From Octopus sinensis (taxonomy: Eukaryota): 29,909 nt of DNA. Below the pieces are notes generated by a model. The model was not told the origin of the DNA, made no database searches, and saw only the letters and a list, made by a program, of their open reading frames with translations. The stretch is from assembly GCF_006345805.1 (NCBI RefSeq), contig NW_021833524.1, positions 1-29,909 on the forward strand, written 5' to 3'. Numbering within the stretch: position 1 is the stretch's first letter; each line of letters starts with the position of its first letter. Below are positions 1 through 10,699 of the stretch, in pieces. The position numbers and the translations under genes were made by a program.

Positions 1-69
1 GTCTTAAACGAATATAAGACCATCTGCCACACATAATGCAACCTTTCCTCCAGTTTTCTCCAATTAACA

Positions 70-740
70 CTCTGTCACTCGGAGTATCACGTATTAATGT
101 ACGTGGTTAGAGATTAGTCTGGAAACAAGGCTACTTTGCTCACCGGCTTCAGATCACTTGACTTAGATGTGGTAGCCATCACTGAAACCATAATTTCTGG
201 GACACACTCGCTCAACCTCAGTTTTGACGACTGCAAGGCGTACTTATCTTGTGGTCTGATGGGATCGTGGAATGGAGTAGCAGTGCTTTTCCGGAAAGGA
301 TTAGGTTTAGAAGTGCAGAGAGTATTACTGGATCTGGCAGGTAAGTTGGTGATAATAGACATGAGAGATAGTAAAGGTAGTACCTTCAGACTAGCGGCTG
401 TCTGTACACTCACTGGGGCTGAATGGCTAGTTCAAAATTTTCGCCAAGGTGTTGATAACGCGTGTAGGCCCCAGTAAATCTATCTATGATAACCTCCGCT
501 TCATGTGCCACATCATAAAAGCAATGAGTAACAAATCTGCCATCGGTCGGGTCCTGATCAATTTGGGTTAGTCAAAAGCTTTTGATAGGATCAACCATCA
601 CTACTTGGCAGCCGTCCTAAAAACAGTCAGTTTCGGACCCGTTTTCATTGGCAAGATCACAGTAATGCACAGTAGGGCTTGCTCTGTGGCCAAAGTAAAC
701 AATCGCCTGTTGGAACCATTTCATATCACGTGCCTGTCCT
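70..740 (+). mobile_element. Decayed Tx1/L1-clade LINE ORF2 fragment (APE endonuclease N-half joined to RT motifs)
   Basis: Reads INVRG*...KQGY, frameshift, LLTGFRSLDLDVVAITET...GVAVLFRK (APE endonuclease motifs). From 419 in frame 2 it reads LNG*FKIFAKVLITRV-GPSKSIYDNL...LINLG*SKAFDRINHHYLAAVLKTVSFGPVF...KVNNRLLEPF (L1/Tx1-type RT motifs). Stops and frameshifts are present. Confidence 0.85.
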
Positions 741-1126
741 TATTGTCCCGATTCTCCACGGTATGGACAACGAAATGAGAGCAAAAAATATTGACTTTGA
801 AATTCCGAACACATCACTGGAAGAAGGCGGGAGAGTACAACAGTCGAAATGTTGTGACTACCACAAGCAAGATGAGCACACTACTCAGAATATTTTAGTG
901 TATATAATGGTAATTTTTCATTTCAGAAATAATAGAAAAAATATAAGCTGCATTAAAGCAAAGTTATAGGTCTGTAGATTTTAGGGTTTACCGTTTCTTT
1001 AGTTTTGATGATTAAGATGAGTTATTCACTCAGTGAGTCAATCAGATGCTGTCGAGTAGCGTAGTCTGAGTGCGTGCTTCTGGGTCAGCCTTTGAGTTTA
1101 CTGCCAGCCGCTAGCAAGATATCCTA

Positions 1127-1266
1127 TGAGTTCAAATTACACTGAGATCGACTTTGCCTTTCATCCTCTCGGGGTCGATAAAATAAGTACCGGTTGAGCA
1201 CTGGAATCGATGTAATCCACTCACCTCTCACTGTAATTGCTAGCCTTGTGCCAAAATTTGAAACCA
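1127..1266 (+). mobile_element. SINE family A fragment (Nin/Deu-like core)
   Basis: gagttcaaat...gactttgcctttcatcctctcggggtcgataaaataagtacc matches the copies at 12912 and 22361. Tail is gccttgtgccaaaatttgaaacc. Confidence 0.8.
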
Positions 1267-1389
1267 CTTCTCCAACAATTCCTTCAGAGCTGTGTTTTGA
1301 AATCGGTCAGTTACGATTCAGTCGCTGCCAATATAATTCTTTGAAATTCTTCTACTTCTGATGCCGATGCTGCGTTGATTTCTATTTTA

Positions 1390-1920
1390 TTATTTTATTA
1401 TTTGCATTCTTTGCTTACCTAGTTCTTCACAAAATCGTTTTGGGTCAGAGTAGAACTGTTTGTCGTGTTCAAAGTATCGTCACTTTTCATAGGAATGTAT
1501 TCTTTGAAATTTAGCAAGAATCTCTTGTTTCAGATATTCTTTGATTTCGGCTTCTTTTTGTTATATATTTCTGTTGTATTTGTCTCTCTCCTTGCCGTAT
1601 TCGGTTCTGTCGTTTCATCGTTGATTTCATTAAACTTGAGAGATCATTTCATCCGTTTTCTATCCTTTCCTCTGTGTTTGTTTTACATGTTTCATGCTTG
1701 GGTTTCCATACTCTCCTGTTAGTAGATCTAAGGTACTAAAGGAACTACTCGCTTTTCTTTGTAGATACCATTTCTACTGCATAAACTACTTTACCTGGTT
1801 AATGGTGCTATTGATGTTTACGTCTTTTATTAAGTCTGCGAGAGTCAGACTAGCGTTCTTTTTACGTTTGTTCCTATTTCAATATAATGGTTTTTATCTT
1901 TGGATAATATTTTCATTAGG
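1390..1920 (-). mobile_element. Decayed non-LTR retrotransposon pre-RT region, R4/Dong-like
   Basis: Minus strand reads EIKEYLKQEILAKFQRIHSYEK*RYFEHDKQFYSDPKRFCEELGK, resembling the E.LKQ...RL.RY...F..DPK.FY..L segment preceding RT in R4/Dong elements (from recall). Many stops. Confidence 0.55.
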
Positions 1921-2029
1921 CTATAAGACGATCAAATGATATAATCCTTTAATGATTTTCACTTTTAGACTGCAAACAAACAACCACTGATTGTCAGGTG
2001 GTGGAGGAAAGACAAAAGACAGAGATTCG

Positions 2030-2072
2030 CATACACATACATACATACATACATACATACATACATACATAC
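2030..2072. repeat. (TACA)n microsatellite
   Basis: Direct reading. Confidence 0.95.
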
Positions 2073-2430
2073 ATGGTGGTGGCTGCCCCCTCGTCATCGA
2101 GTATGGCCATTGCACGAAGCTTAAACAATGTTGTTATTGTGCAATGCCTGTGCAAGAAGATTTTTTTTAAAGTGAGGAAAGGCTGTGCACTGAGTCAATT
2201 CCATTCACTAAGCAACAGCAGCCATAATCAGAAAAGAAGAACAAGTCAACATCATCGGTAACCACTGAGCCGCAGTTTTTTGTCGGAGTTATCCCAGTTA
2301 CCTGAGTTACCTTCTCCTAGAAGGATGCCCTAACAAAGGCTAGGAGTCCTACACTCCCAATGGTTTAACGGTTTAACCGCGCGATCGGGTATTCAGTCCG
2401 ATTATTTCTATGTCCCCGCGCATGATATAG
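2073..2430 (-). mobile_element. Probable non-autonomous RTE-related retroposon
   Basis: Minus-strand 3' end atggccatactcgatgacgagggggcagccaccacc resembles an RTE tail. ccttctcctagaaggatgccctaacaaaggcta resembles an RTE 5'-region motif. The element sits between two TACA tracts. Confidence 0.45.
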
Positions 2431-2447
2431 CCTTAAGACATTTATTT

Positions 2448-2510
2448 ATACATACATACATACATACATACATACATACATACATACATACATACATACA
2501 TACATACATA
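2448..2510. repeat. (TACA)n microsatellite
   Basis: Direct reading. Confidence 0.95.
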
Positions 2511-2834
2511 GGAGCACTCCGTCTGTTACGACGACGAGGGTCCCAGCTGATACGATCAACGGAACAGCCTGCTCGTGAAATTAACGTGCAAGTGACTGAG
2601 CAATCCACAGACACATGTAACCCTTAACGTAGTTCGCAAGGAGATTCAGCGTGACACAGAGTGGGACAAGGCTGGCCCTTTGAAATAGAGGTACTACTCA
2701 TTTTTGCCAGCTGAGTGGACTGGAGCAACGTGAAATAAAGTGTCTTGCTCAAGGACACAACGCGTCACCGGGAATCGAACTCACAACCTTACAGTCGTGA
2801 GCCGAATGCCCTAACCACTAAGCCACGCGCCTTC
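2511..2834 (-). mobile_element. tRNA-derived CORE-type SINE, family C, tail type 1
   Basis: Minus strand has A box TGGCTTAGTGG, B box GTTCGATTCCC, then CORE-like gttgtgtccttgagcaagacacttta. The head is shared with 4136-4389. Confidence 0.85.
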
Positions 2835-2837
2835 ACA

Positions 2838-3113
2838 AACATACATACATGCATACATACATACATACATACATACATACATACATACATACATACTAAT
2901 ACATACATACATACATACATACATACATACATAATACATACATACATACATACACACATACATACATACATACACACATACATACATACATACATACATA
3001 ATACATACATACATACATACATACATAATACATACATACATACATACATACATTCATACATATACATACATACATACATACATACATACTTACATACAAC
3101 ATACATACATACA

Positions 3114-3145
<32 letters not shown>

Positions 3146-3150
3146 CATAC

Positions 3151-3181
<31 letters not shown>

Positions 3182-3267
3182 CATACATACATACATACAT
3201 ACATACACATACATACATACATACATACATACATACATACATACATACATACATACATACATACATA
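2838..3267. repeat. Long (TACA)n microsatellite
   Basis: About 430 bp with interruptions. Confidence 0.97.
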
Positions 3268-3477
3268 AGAGGGGGCACTGAAAACTTCCTGGCTTTGAAG
3301 GTGTCACAAAAGGCCTGGATGGACGCTCAACTTTCCGAGTTCTTTTATAGAGCCCAGAAGAACCGCTGCAATAAGTGTGTGAACCTGAGAAGGGGAATTT
3401 ATTGAATAAAACCATAATTAACAGATTCTCCTGCAGTTTCTTTTACCCTAAGTCAGAAACTTTTCAGCGCCCCTTCG
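3268..3477 (+). mobile_element. Mariner-derived MITE retaining the transposase C-terminus
   Basis: TIRs agagggggcactgaaaacttcctggcttt / aagtcagaaacttttcagcgccccttcg, with TA on the left flank. Interior reads KAWMDAQLSEFFYRA..RCNKCVNLR(fs)GEFIE*. Second copy at 14706. Confidence 0.85.
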
Positions 3478-3481
3478 TGTA

Positions 3482-3661
3482 TACGACGGACTTTTACACT
3501 GTGTCTGTTTGCCAAATTCACTCACAAGGTCTGGGGATATCACAGAAAATATAGTCGGGGATATAGTAGAAGCCATTTAACCAAGGTGCCACGCATTGGT
3601 ACCGAACCCGAAACCACGTGGTTGTAAAGTGAGCATCTTAAATACACAACCATGCCTACGC
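3482..3661 (-). mobile_element. SINE family B 5' part (diverged)
   Basis: ccaaggtgccacgcattggtaccgaacccgaaaccacgtggttg matches the head of the 8080-8491 copy. Confidence 0.8.
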
Positions 3662-4135
3662 TGTATCAAACATTCCATCATTTCACCCTTGGAATAAAAT
3701 ATGAATATGATATGGTTCATACTTCAATAACACCATCATTATCTTAGAGAGCTGATATCTTAAATTGATACCGGAGGTATCATATAAATAGCAAACAGAT
3801 GTTACTGTTATGAATCTAATTTGAAAATATTGTTCTGGTAGATAGATATCAATTTCATCAGGGTACTTTTAAACCTCATGTCAGTTCAACTCACTCTGAC
3901 TTTATATTTGTCTGAAAGTTTTATATTTAGTCAGGGATGCCAAATACTTTTAGATACCCAGTATCTTTTTCTCTCTGTCTTTCTTCCCATTTTTTTTCTA
4001 TCACATAAAAAATGTGGTGTGTTTATTTTAAAAGCCTACCAATGTATACAGTGCGTTTCTCTGCCCTAGGTGTCAGGAAGGCACTCTGCAAGAAATGGAA
4101 ACAGAATTGAAAGATAATAATAATAATATTAATAA

Positions 4136-4389
4136 TAAATAAATGCGACCTTTTAAAGGCTAGCCAGGCTCATGGGCCCCGTTCCCCGGTTTCTATGGCG
4201 TATGTGTTCCCCAGCTGGACGGGACGCCAGTCCATCGCAGCGTTACTCATTTTTGCCAGCTGAGTGGACTGGAGCAACGTGAAATGAAGTGTTTTGCCCA
4301 AGAACACAACGCGTCGCCCGATCCAGGAATCGAAACCACGATCTTACGATCATGATGCTGACACCCTAACCACTAAGCCACGTGCCTCC
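4136..4389 (-). mobile_element. tRNA-derived CORE-type SINE, family C, tail type 2
   Basis: Same head and CORE as 2695-2834, then diverges to ctgcgatggactggcgtcccgtccag (V/Meta-domain-like). Ends in (TTTA)n. Confidence 0.85.
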
Positions 4390-4391
4390 AC

Positions 4392-4598
4392 AATAATAAC
4401 AATAATAATAATAATAATAAAAAAATAATGATGATGATGATAATCATGATGATGATGATCATGATGATGATGATCATGATGATGATGATCATGATGATGA
4501 TGATCATGATGATGATGATCATGATGATGATGGTGATGGTGGTGGTGGAGGTGGTGGGATTGGTGGTGATGGTGATGGTGATGGTGATGATGATAATG

Positions 4599-4660
<62 letters not shown>

Positions 4661-4699
4661 GGTGGTGGTGGTGGTGGTGGTGTGATGGTGATGATGATG

Positions 4700-4749
<50 letters not shown>

Positions 4750-4750
4750 G
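4392..4750. repeat. Compound (AAT)n-(GAT)n-(GGT)n trinucleotide tract
   Basis: Direct reading. Includes a 15-bp higher-order unit. Confidence 0.95.
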
Positions 4751-5247
4751 TGACTGTGTGGTAAGAGTAGCGAGTCATGTCAAATGATATTTGGCAGTCA
4801 ATCTATTTAGACACCCGGTATTAGTAGAGACAGGAGTGGAGAATCATGTCATGCGATATTTAGCAGGGAATCTATGTAATTGCTAGTTTCTTCGTTTCAC
4901 CTTGTTTCACCTTGTTCGAAATATTATTCTGTCAATACGCCGACATGTCACATATTGCCTGTGGTTTTTAGTCAGCATCCATCCATTCTTTTCCTTCTGA
5001 ATTAGGTTTTTGTCTTTTCTCCCCTGTTTCTACTCAGAAATAGCATTTAATCAGCTGTGATCTCTGTCAGTAGTTTCAACATCAGCAGTACACGTGTAAT
5101 TTGCTGGAAAACTGAAAGATTCCAGTTGGGTAGAATGTGTGCACCCTTAAAAGGATAATTACAAATACACTCACGGCAGAATATTCTAGATGTAATACAG
5201 TGTGTCGAAAAACTTCCTTTATCAGAAATTATCTACATAATTAAGTA

Positions 5248-5304
<57 letters not shown>

Positions 5305-5360
5305 CACGCACATACACACACACACACACTCACTCACACACACACACATACATACACATA
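5248..5360. repeat. (CA)n microsatellite
   Basis: Direct reading. Confidence 0.95.
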
Positions 5361-5652
5361 CTGTGCGGCCATGCTGGGGCACCACCTTGAATACCTTTTA
5401 GTCGAATAAATCGACCCTAATACTTATTTTTTTAAAGCCCGGTACTTATTTTATCGGTTACTTTTTCCGAACCGCTAAGTTACAGGGTTGTGAACAAACC
5501 AACACCGGTAGTCAAGCAGTGGTAGGAGGCAAACACAGATGCAAAGACCCTCCCCCACACACACGCAGACACACGCTCACACTCACGACCCATATACGAC
5601 GGGCTTTTCTGTCAATCAAATCTATTTACAAGGCTTTGGTCGACCCGAGGCT
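5361..5652 (-). mobile_element. SINE family B 3' part
   Basis: gcggccatgctggggcacc...tcgaccc...ccgaaccgctaagttac...acgacgggct matches other copies. Confidence 0.85.
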
Positions 5653-5847
5653 TATTTGAAATAAGTATAAAAATGTACATTGTCTATTTAATAAAAAAAG
5701 TCTATATGTGGCTGAAGATTGCTCTACATTTTAAAACTGATGTAATACTTACATTGTTTAATAAAATGAAGTAGCATGAAACGATTGTACTACACTACCT
5801 TGGATATCCTTGTTGCTTATTTTGAGTATATATATATTTATATGTAT

Positions 5848-6054
5848 GTGACCGCGTGTGTACCGTTGGTGATTTTTTTCCCTCTGTCTTCCCTTCTCTG
5901 GATCTTTCCTACTCCTATGTTTCCGACAAAGAGCTCCGCTCGAAACGTTAAACCCTCCTTCTTTCCTTCTTTCCTGAGCGTCCAATAATACTATATTTGT
6001 TCCACGTCCTCGCGTTGTTGTGTTTTTTTGTGCTTTCTTGTTTGGATTAACTTT
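5848..6054 (+). mobile_element. Short (TA)n-flanked element with minimal hammerhead-like motif (putative Penelope solo pLTR)
   Basis: gttt-CCGACAA-a-gagc.tcc.gctc-GAA-ACGT-T-aaac at 5919-5953. Shares a downstream ttcctgagcgt motif with the elements at 24119 and 27650. Confidence 0.6.
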
Positions 6055-6069
6055 ATATATATATATATA

Positions 6070-6181
6070 TGGTTAAGAAGTTCGCTTTGTGACCATGTGG
6101 TTTTGGGTTCGGCCCCAATGCGCAGCACCTTTGATCTCGAGAGTGAATTTTGTAGAAGGAAACTGTTATTAAAACACTGTC

Positions 6182-6182
<1 letters not shown>
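6070..6182 (+). mobile_element. SINE family B head fragment
   Basis: tggttaagaagttcgct...ccatgtggttttgggttcgg...gagtgaattttgtagaaggaaactg. Confidence 0.7.
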
Positions 6183-6218
<36 letters not shown>

Positions 6219-6242
6219 ATATATATATATTATAATATATAT

Positions 6243-6305
6243 CCGAACCTAAAACCACATGGTCGCAAAGTGAACTTCTTAACCACACGGTCACCTCTGC
6301 CCCTA
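6243..6305 (-). mobile_element. SINE family B head fragment, inverted relative to 6070
   Basis: 6243-6285 is the reverse complement of 6070-6112 with 3 differences. Confidence 0.75.
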
Positions 6306-6620
6306 TATTTCTACTTGTCTATATTTGTTTCATTTATTGAAAACTGCCCATGCTAGAGCACCAGCGTATTTGTTTTTCGATTACTACCGGCAGCGTACAT
6401 TTAATATCTGTGGCCCGAAATAGCGTAACATTACGTAAACGCTCTGAAAGTCTACATCTTGTTGCTCGAGTTACGTAATTTATTTGTGGTTCTCCTGGTT
6501 TTCCTCTCTCTGTCTTTTATTACCTTGGAGATAGTTTCAATTTTCATTTCCTCACATTCGGAATGTCTCTATTTCCAGATATCTGCAGCTCAACGAAGTC
6601 TTCCAATTCTTATAGACATC

Positions 6621-6888
6621 TGTGTGTGCGTACGTGCGTGCGTATGTATGTATGTATGTATGTATGTATGTATGTATGTATGTATGTATGTATGTATGTA
6701 TGTATGTATGTATGTATGTATGTAGTATGTTGCATGTGAGTATGTATGTATGTATGTGTGTGTGTATGTATGTATGTATGTATGTATGTATGCATGCATG
6801 TATGTATGTATGTATGTATGTGTGTGTGTATGTATGTATGTATGTATGTATGTGTGTATGTTTGTATGTATGTATGTGTGTATGTATG

Positions 6889-6919
<31 letters not shown>

Positions 6920-7345
6920 TTATGTATGCATGTATGAGTGTGAGTGTGTGTGTGTGTGTGTCTGTTTGTATGTACGTATGTATATGTATGTATGTAATGC
7001 GAGTGTGTATATATTTGTGTATGTGTTGATGTGTTATTTTCTACTCTGAATGTATCCGGCTGAGATATTTTGTGCATGAGTGTGTGTATGTATGTATGTA
7101 TGTATGTATGCATGCATGTATGTATGTATGTATGTATGTATGTGTATGTATGTATGTATGTATGTATGTATGTATGTATGCATCTATTTATGTATGTATG
7201 TATGTATGTGTATATGTATGCGTATGACTGTTTGTGTGTGAGTGTGCGAGTGTACATGTATGCTGGTATGCGCAGCTATGTGTGTATGTATATGAATGTG
7301 TATGTTTGTGTGTTAGCGTGTGTGTATGTGAATGGGTGCGTGTGT
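6621..7345. repeat. Compound (TATG)n/(TG)n tract
   Basis: Direct reading. Confidence 0.95.
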
Positions 7346-7600
7346 GTCTGTTGTTTGTGAGTAGGTGTGTTATTGCCTACTAGGAATATTTCTGCCGGAG
7401 ATATATTTACCAAAAAAAAACAACAAAAAAAAAGAAAAAAATATCACTTTGCCTTTTATTGTATTTCTGTTTTGTAAGAACGTCTTTTTACAATAATATC
7501 TTGATATGAAATTATTTTTTTCCTCTTTCTCTGTCCGTGAGAACCAATATTTCTCAAGGTGCGTCTGTTTATTCGTACATTTTCAGAGCTGTTTTCTAGA

Positions 7601-7601
<1 letters not shown>

Positions 7602-7650
<49 letters not shown>
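7602..7650. repeat. (TG)n microsatellite
   Basis: Direct reading. Confidence 0.97.
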
Positions 7651-7658
<8 letters not shown>

Positions 7659-8079
7659 TCTCTTCCATTTTTTAATTATTTGGAATCGTCCTACATATGG
7701 TTTTCTAACAAAGATACAAAACTCCATCATTGAAATGTAGATAAAAAAAATACAAATTCATATTTTGAACTTGTGAAATGTCTTGCATATCTTTACTGTT
7801 CCGTTTACAAACCATTTGTGACGTGGCTGTTGGTTGATTTCTTTTTCTGAAAATCCTTGTCTATCCAGATTATCACATAGGCACTTACTAACTAAAGCAA
7901 GTGCACAATTGTCAGTCTGTCTGTTTGTCTGTCTGTCTGTATGTCTGCCTGCATGTATGTATGCATGCATGTAAGTACGTGTGCACTAAGACTTGAGTAT
8001 GTAAGACTGTGTCTGTGTGACGGTTTACTGGTTGCACAACCAAAACATTTTACACGTTCCATCTGCAAATTATATATGT

Positions 8080-8275
8080 CTTTTACTCTTGTTCTTGTTT
8101 CAGCCATTTGACTGTGGCCATGCTGGAGCACCGCCTTTTAGTCGTGCAAATCGACCCCCAGAGCTTATTCTTTGTAAGCCTAGTACTTATTGTATCGGTC
8201 TCTTTTGCCGAACCGCTAAGTTACGGCGACGTATAAACACACCAGCATCGGTTGTCAAGCGATGTTGGGGGACAA

Positions 8276-8314
<39 letters not shown>

Positions 8315-8491
8315 CATATACATATATACGACGGGCTTCTTTCAGTTTCCGTCTGCCAAATCCACTCACAAGGCTTTGATCGGCCCGAGGCTATAGTAGA
8401 AGACACTTGCCCAAGGTGCCACGCAGTGGAACTGAACCTGGAACCATGTGGTTGGTAAACAAGCTACTTACCACACAGCTACTCCTACGCC
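8080..8491 (-). mobile_element. Full-length SINE family B (tRNA-like head, CORE-like accttgggcaagt, internal microsatellite)
   Basis: Near-identical to 18724-19248 and to the reverse complement of 23251-23646. Has an internal (CA)/(TA) tract and an (AAAAGAGT)-type tail. Confidence 0.9.
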
Positions 8492-8639
8492 TATATTGTT
8501 CTGTTCTACTTCAAGATTTCTTGCCAATAGAGAAAGAACCGGTTTCTAACCTAGATCCAAGGCTCCTTCACTGGAATTTCAACACCAACAACAGGATATT
8601 TTGCATGTATGCATGTCTGTCTGTCTGTCGGTATGTATG

Positions 8640-9135
8640 TCCTCCTGTCTTCTTCTTATTCTTCTTCTTCTTCTTCTTCTTCTTCTTCTCCTCTTCCTCC
8701 TCTTCCTCCTCCTCCCTTTTTCTCATCCTCCTCCCATTTCCTCCTCCTCCTGTCTTCTTTTTCTACTTCTCCTCCTCCTCCTCCCTTTTTCTCCTCCTGT
8801 CTTCTTCTTCTTCTTCTTCTTCTTCTTCTTTTTCTTCCTCTTCTTCAACTTCCTCCCCTCCTTCTCGTCTTCTTCTTCTCTTCCTCCTCCATCTTCGCCT
8901 CCTCTTCCCCCTCCCCTTTTCTCTTGCTCCTCCCATTTCTTCCTCTTCTCCTCCTGTCTTCTTCTTCTTTTTCTTCATCTTCTTCATCTTCCTCCCCTCC
9001 TCCTCCTCCTCCTCCTTCTCGTCTTCTTCTTCTCTTCCTCCTCCTTCTTCGCCTCCTCTTCCCCCTTCCCTTTTTGTCTTGCTCCTCTCTTTTCCTCCTC
9101 TCCTCCTCCTCCTGTCTTCTTTTTCTTCTTCTTCT
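8640..9135. repeat. Polypyrimidine (TCT)n/(CCT)n low-complexity tract
   Basis: About 500 bp, almost purely C/T on the + strand, with internal duplications. Confidence 0.95.
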
Positions 9136-9406
9136 CATTACTCACACACTGCGTTTTCGAATAAGCAAGCACGTCGTTGCTTACAGGTTTACAACGTGAC
9201 AATCTTCACTGCAAAAAGCAAAAGACAAAAAAAAAAAAGAAAAGGGAAAAAAGAAAAAGGGAGAAAGAACGAAAGAACGACAAAGGTGTAAGAGAGAGAG
9301 AGCTACAAAGCTTTCTTCCGCGCATTCTGCTTATTATAATCAAGGCAGGTGATTTGACGGGTTAGACGAAGCTATTAATTGAATCCATCAGGAATATCGC
9401 CGTTAA

Positions 9407-9620
9407 CCCTTTTGTTACTGTATTTCTGCTTTTGTTTCAATTTTTTTTTTTTCAAATTATGAAGAATTTAGTGAAATAGCTTTGTGTATTATGAAGCTGC
9501 CGTTCCGAACATAAATTAATAGGAAATTTTGTTGGAAGTTATAATTTAAAACGCATTAAAGCAGGAAATTTGTAACATAGAACTAGAAGCAGTTTGGGGC
9601 GGTTGGGTATATGAAAAGGA
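9407..9620. mobile_element. piggyBac-like MITE
   Basis: TTAA|CCCTTTT ... AAAAGGA|TTAA: TTAA on both sides and piggyBac-type CCCTTT ends with 1 mismatch. Confidence 0.6.
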
Positions 9621-9713
9621 TTAATGTGGTTCTTCTCCATGTAGCTTCAGGCCAAATCTGCTCCAGCAAGCGTATGTGACACACAGACACACACACACTT
9701 TATTACACATCCA

Positions 9714-9769
<56 letters not shown>

Positions 9770-9771
<2 letters not shown>

Positions 9772-9989
9772 TCTTTTATTCTCTTTTACCTTTTACATGT
9801 TTCAGTCATTTGACTGCGGCCATGCTGGAGCACCGCCTTTAGTCGAGCAAATCGACCCCGGACTTATTCTTGTAAGCCCAGTATTTATTCTTCGGTCTCT
9901 TTTGCCGAACCGCTAAGTGACGGGGACGTAAACACAGCAGCATCAGTTGTCAAGCAATGCTAGGGGGACAAACACAGACACACAAACGC

Positions 9990-10027
<38 letters not shown>

Positions 10028-10153
10028 TACGACAAGGCATTGGTCGGCCCGGGGCTACAGCAGAAGACACTTGCCCATGATGCCACGCAGTGGGACTGAA
10101 CCCGGAACCATATGGTTGGTTAGCAAGCTACTTACCACACAGCTACTCCTGCG

Positions 10154-10155
<2 letters not shown>
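9770..10155 (-). mobile_element. SINE family B, full-length ends with an internal deletion
   Basis: Matches 8080-8491 but lacks the gggcttctttcag...cactc segment. Flanked by (TA)n on both sides. Confidence 0.9.
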
Positions 10156-10191
<36 letters not shown>

Positions 10192-10555
10192 CTAGCACTA
10201 TGATCTGGCAACGCCGGGTCATAGTGCTAGTGCATGCATATACAGCTGCGTGCGTGCGCACATACACGCGGGTGCTGTCCAAATCTCCGACCAATCACAT
10301 ACAGCTAGCTGGCATTCAATTGGCGTATCAAGTTTCGGGCATTTTGATTGGGTTTTGGATAGAAAATTCACAAAAAAAGTCACTTCTATTGATTTTTTTA
10401 ATGGCTTTGCGGGGTGACTGGGGAAATGTAAAGATATGCACGACCACCCTAGGACGGTTTTGAATGACCATAGAAAGTGCGAGCCCTCTAACTGAAAAAT
10501 TGTGGATTTTTATAAAGGACACACACAGAGACATTTTGCCGTTTATATATATAGA
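10192..10555 (-). mobile_element. Non-autonomous Helitron
   Basis: Minus strand begins A|TCTATATATATAAA and ends in a GC-rich hairpin then CTAG|T. No TSD, A|T insertion site. Confidence 0.8.
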
Positions 10556-10699
10556 TGTATATATATATATATGTTTGTTCCTTCTCAAGCCATTCCTATA
10601 TATATATAGGGAACTTTGATAATCCGTTACAGTACTTACCCAGCATACCTATCCGTTTAGATCCTCTGTGAACTAAACCCCAATATTTTTTATACAACT

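Noticed and set aside
2760-2834. tRNA gene
   Set aside because: A and B boxes are present, but the sequence continues into a CORE-like SINE body and recurs at 4.3 kb. It is a SINE head.
2745-3415. Long ORFs such as (HTYI)n and (MYVC)n, also at 6.6-7.3, 12, 17 and 20 kb
   Set aside because: They are translations of stop-free tetranucleotide microsatellites, open on both strands, with no protein signal.
4350-4778. Poly-His / poly-Met ORFs
   Set aside because: Trinucleotide repeat running into a SINE, with no splice or domain context.
4772-4880. Degenerate direct repeat tcatgtca..gatattt.gcag..aatctat at 70-bp spacing
   Set aside because: Only two diverged units, most simply an old local duplication.
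8407-9291. 294-aa ORF, the longest in the window
   Set aside because: It starts inside an antisense SINE and runs through a (TCT/CCT)n tract, so it is a compositional artefact.
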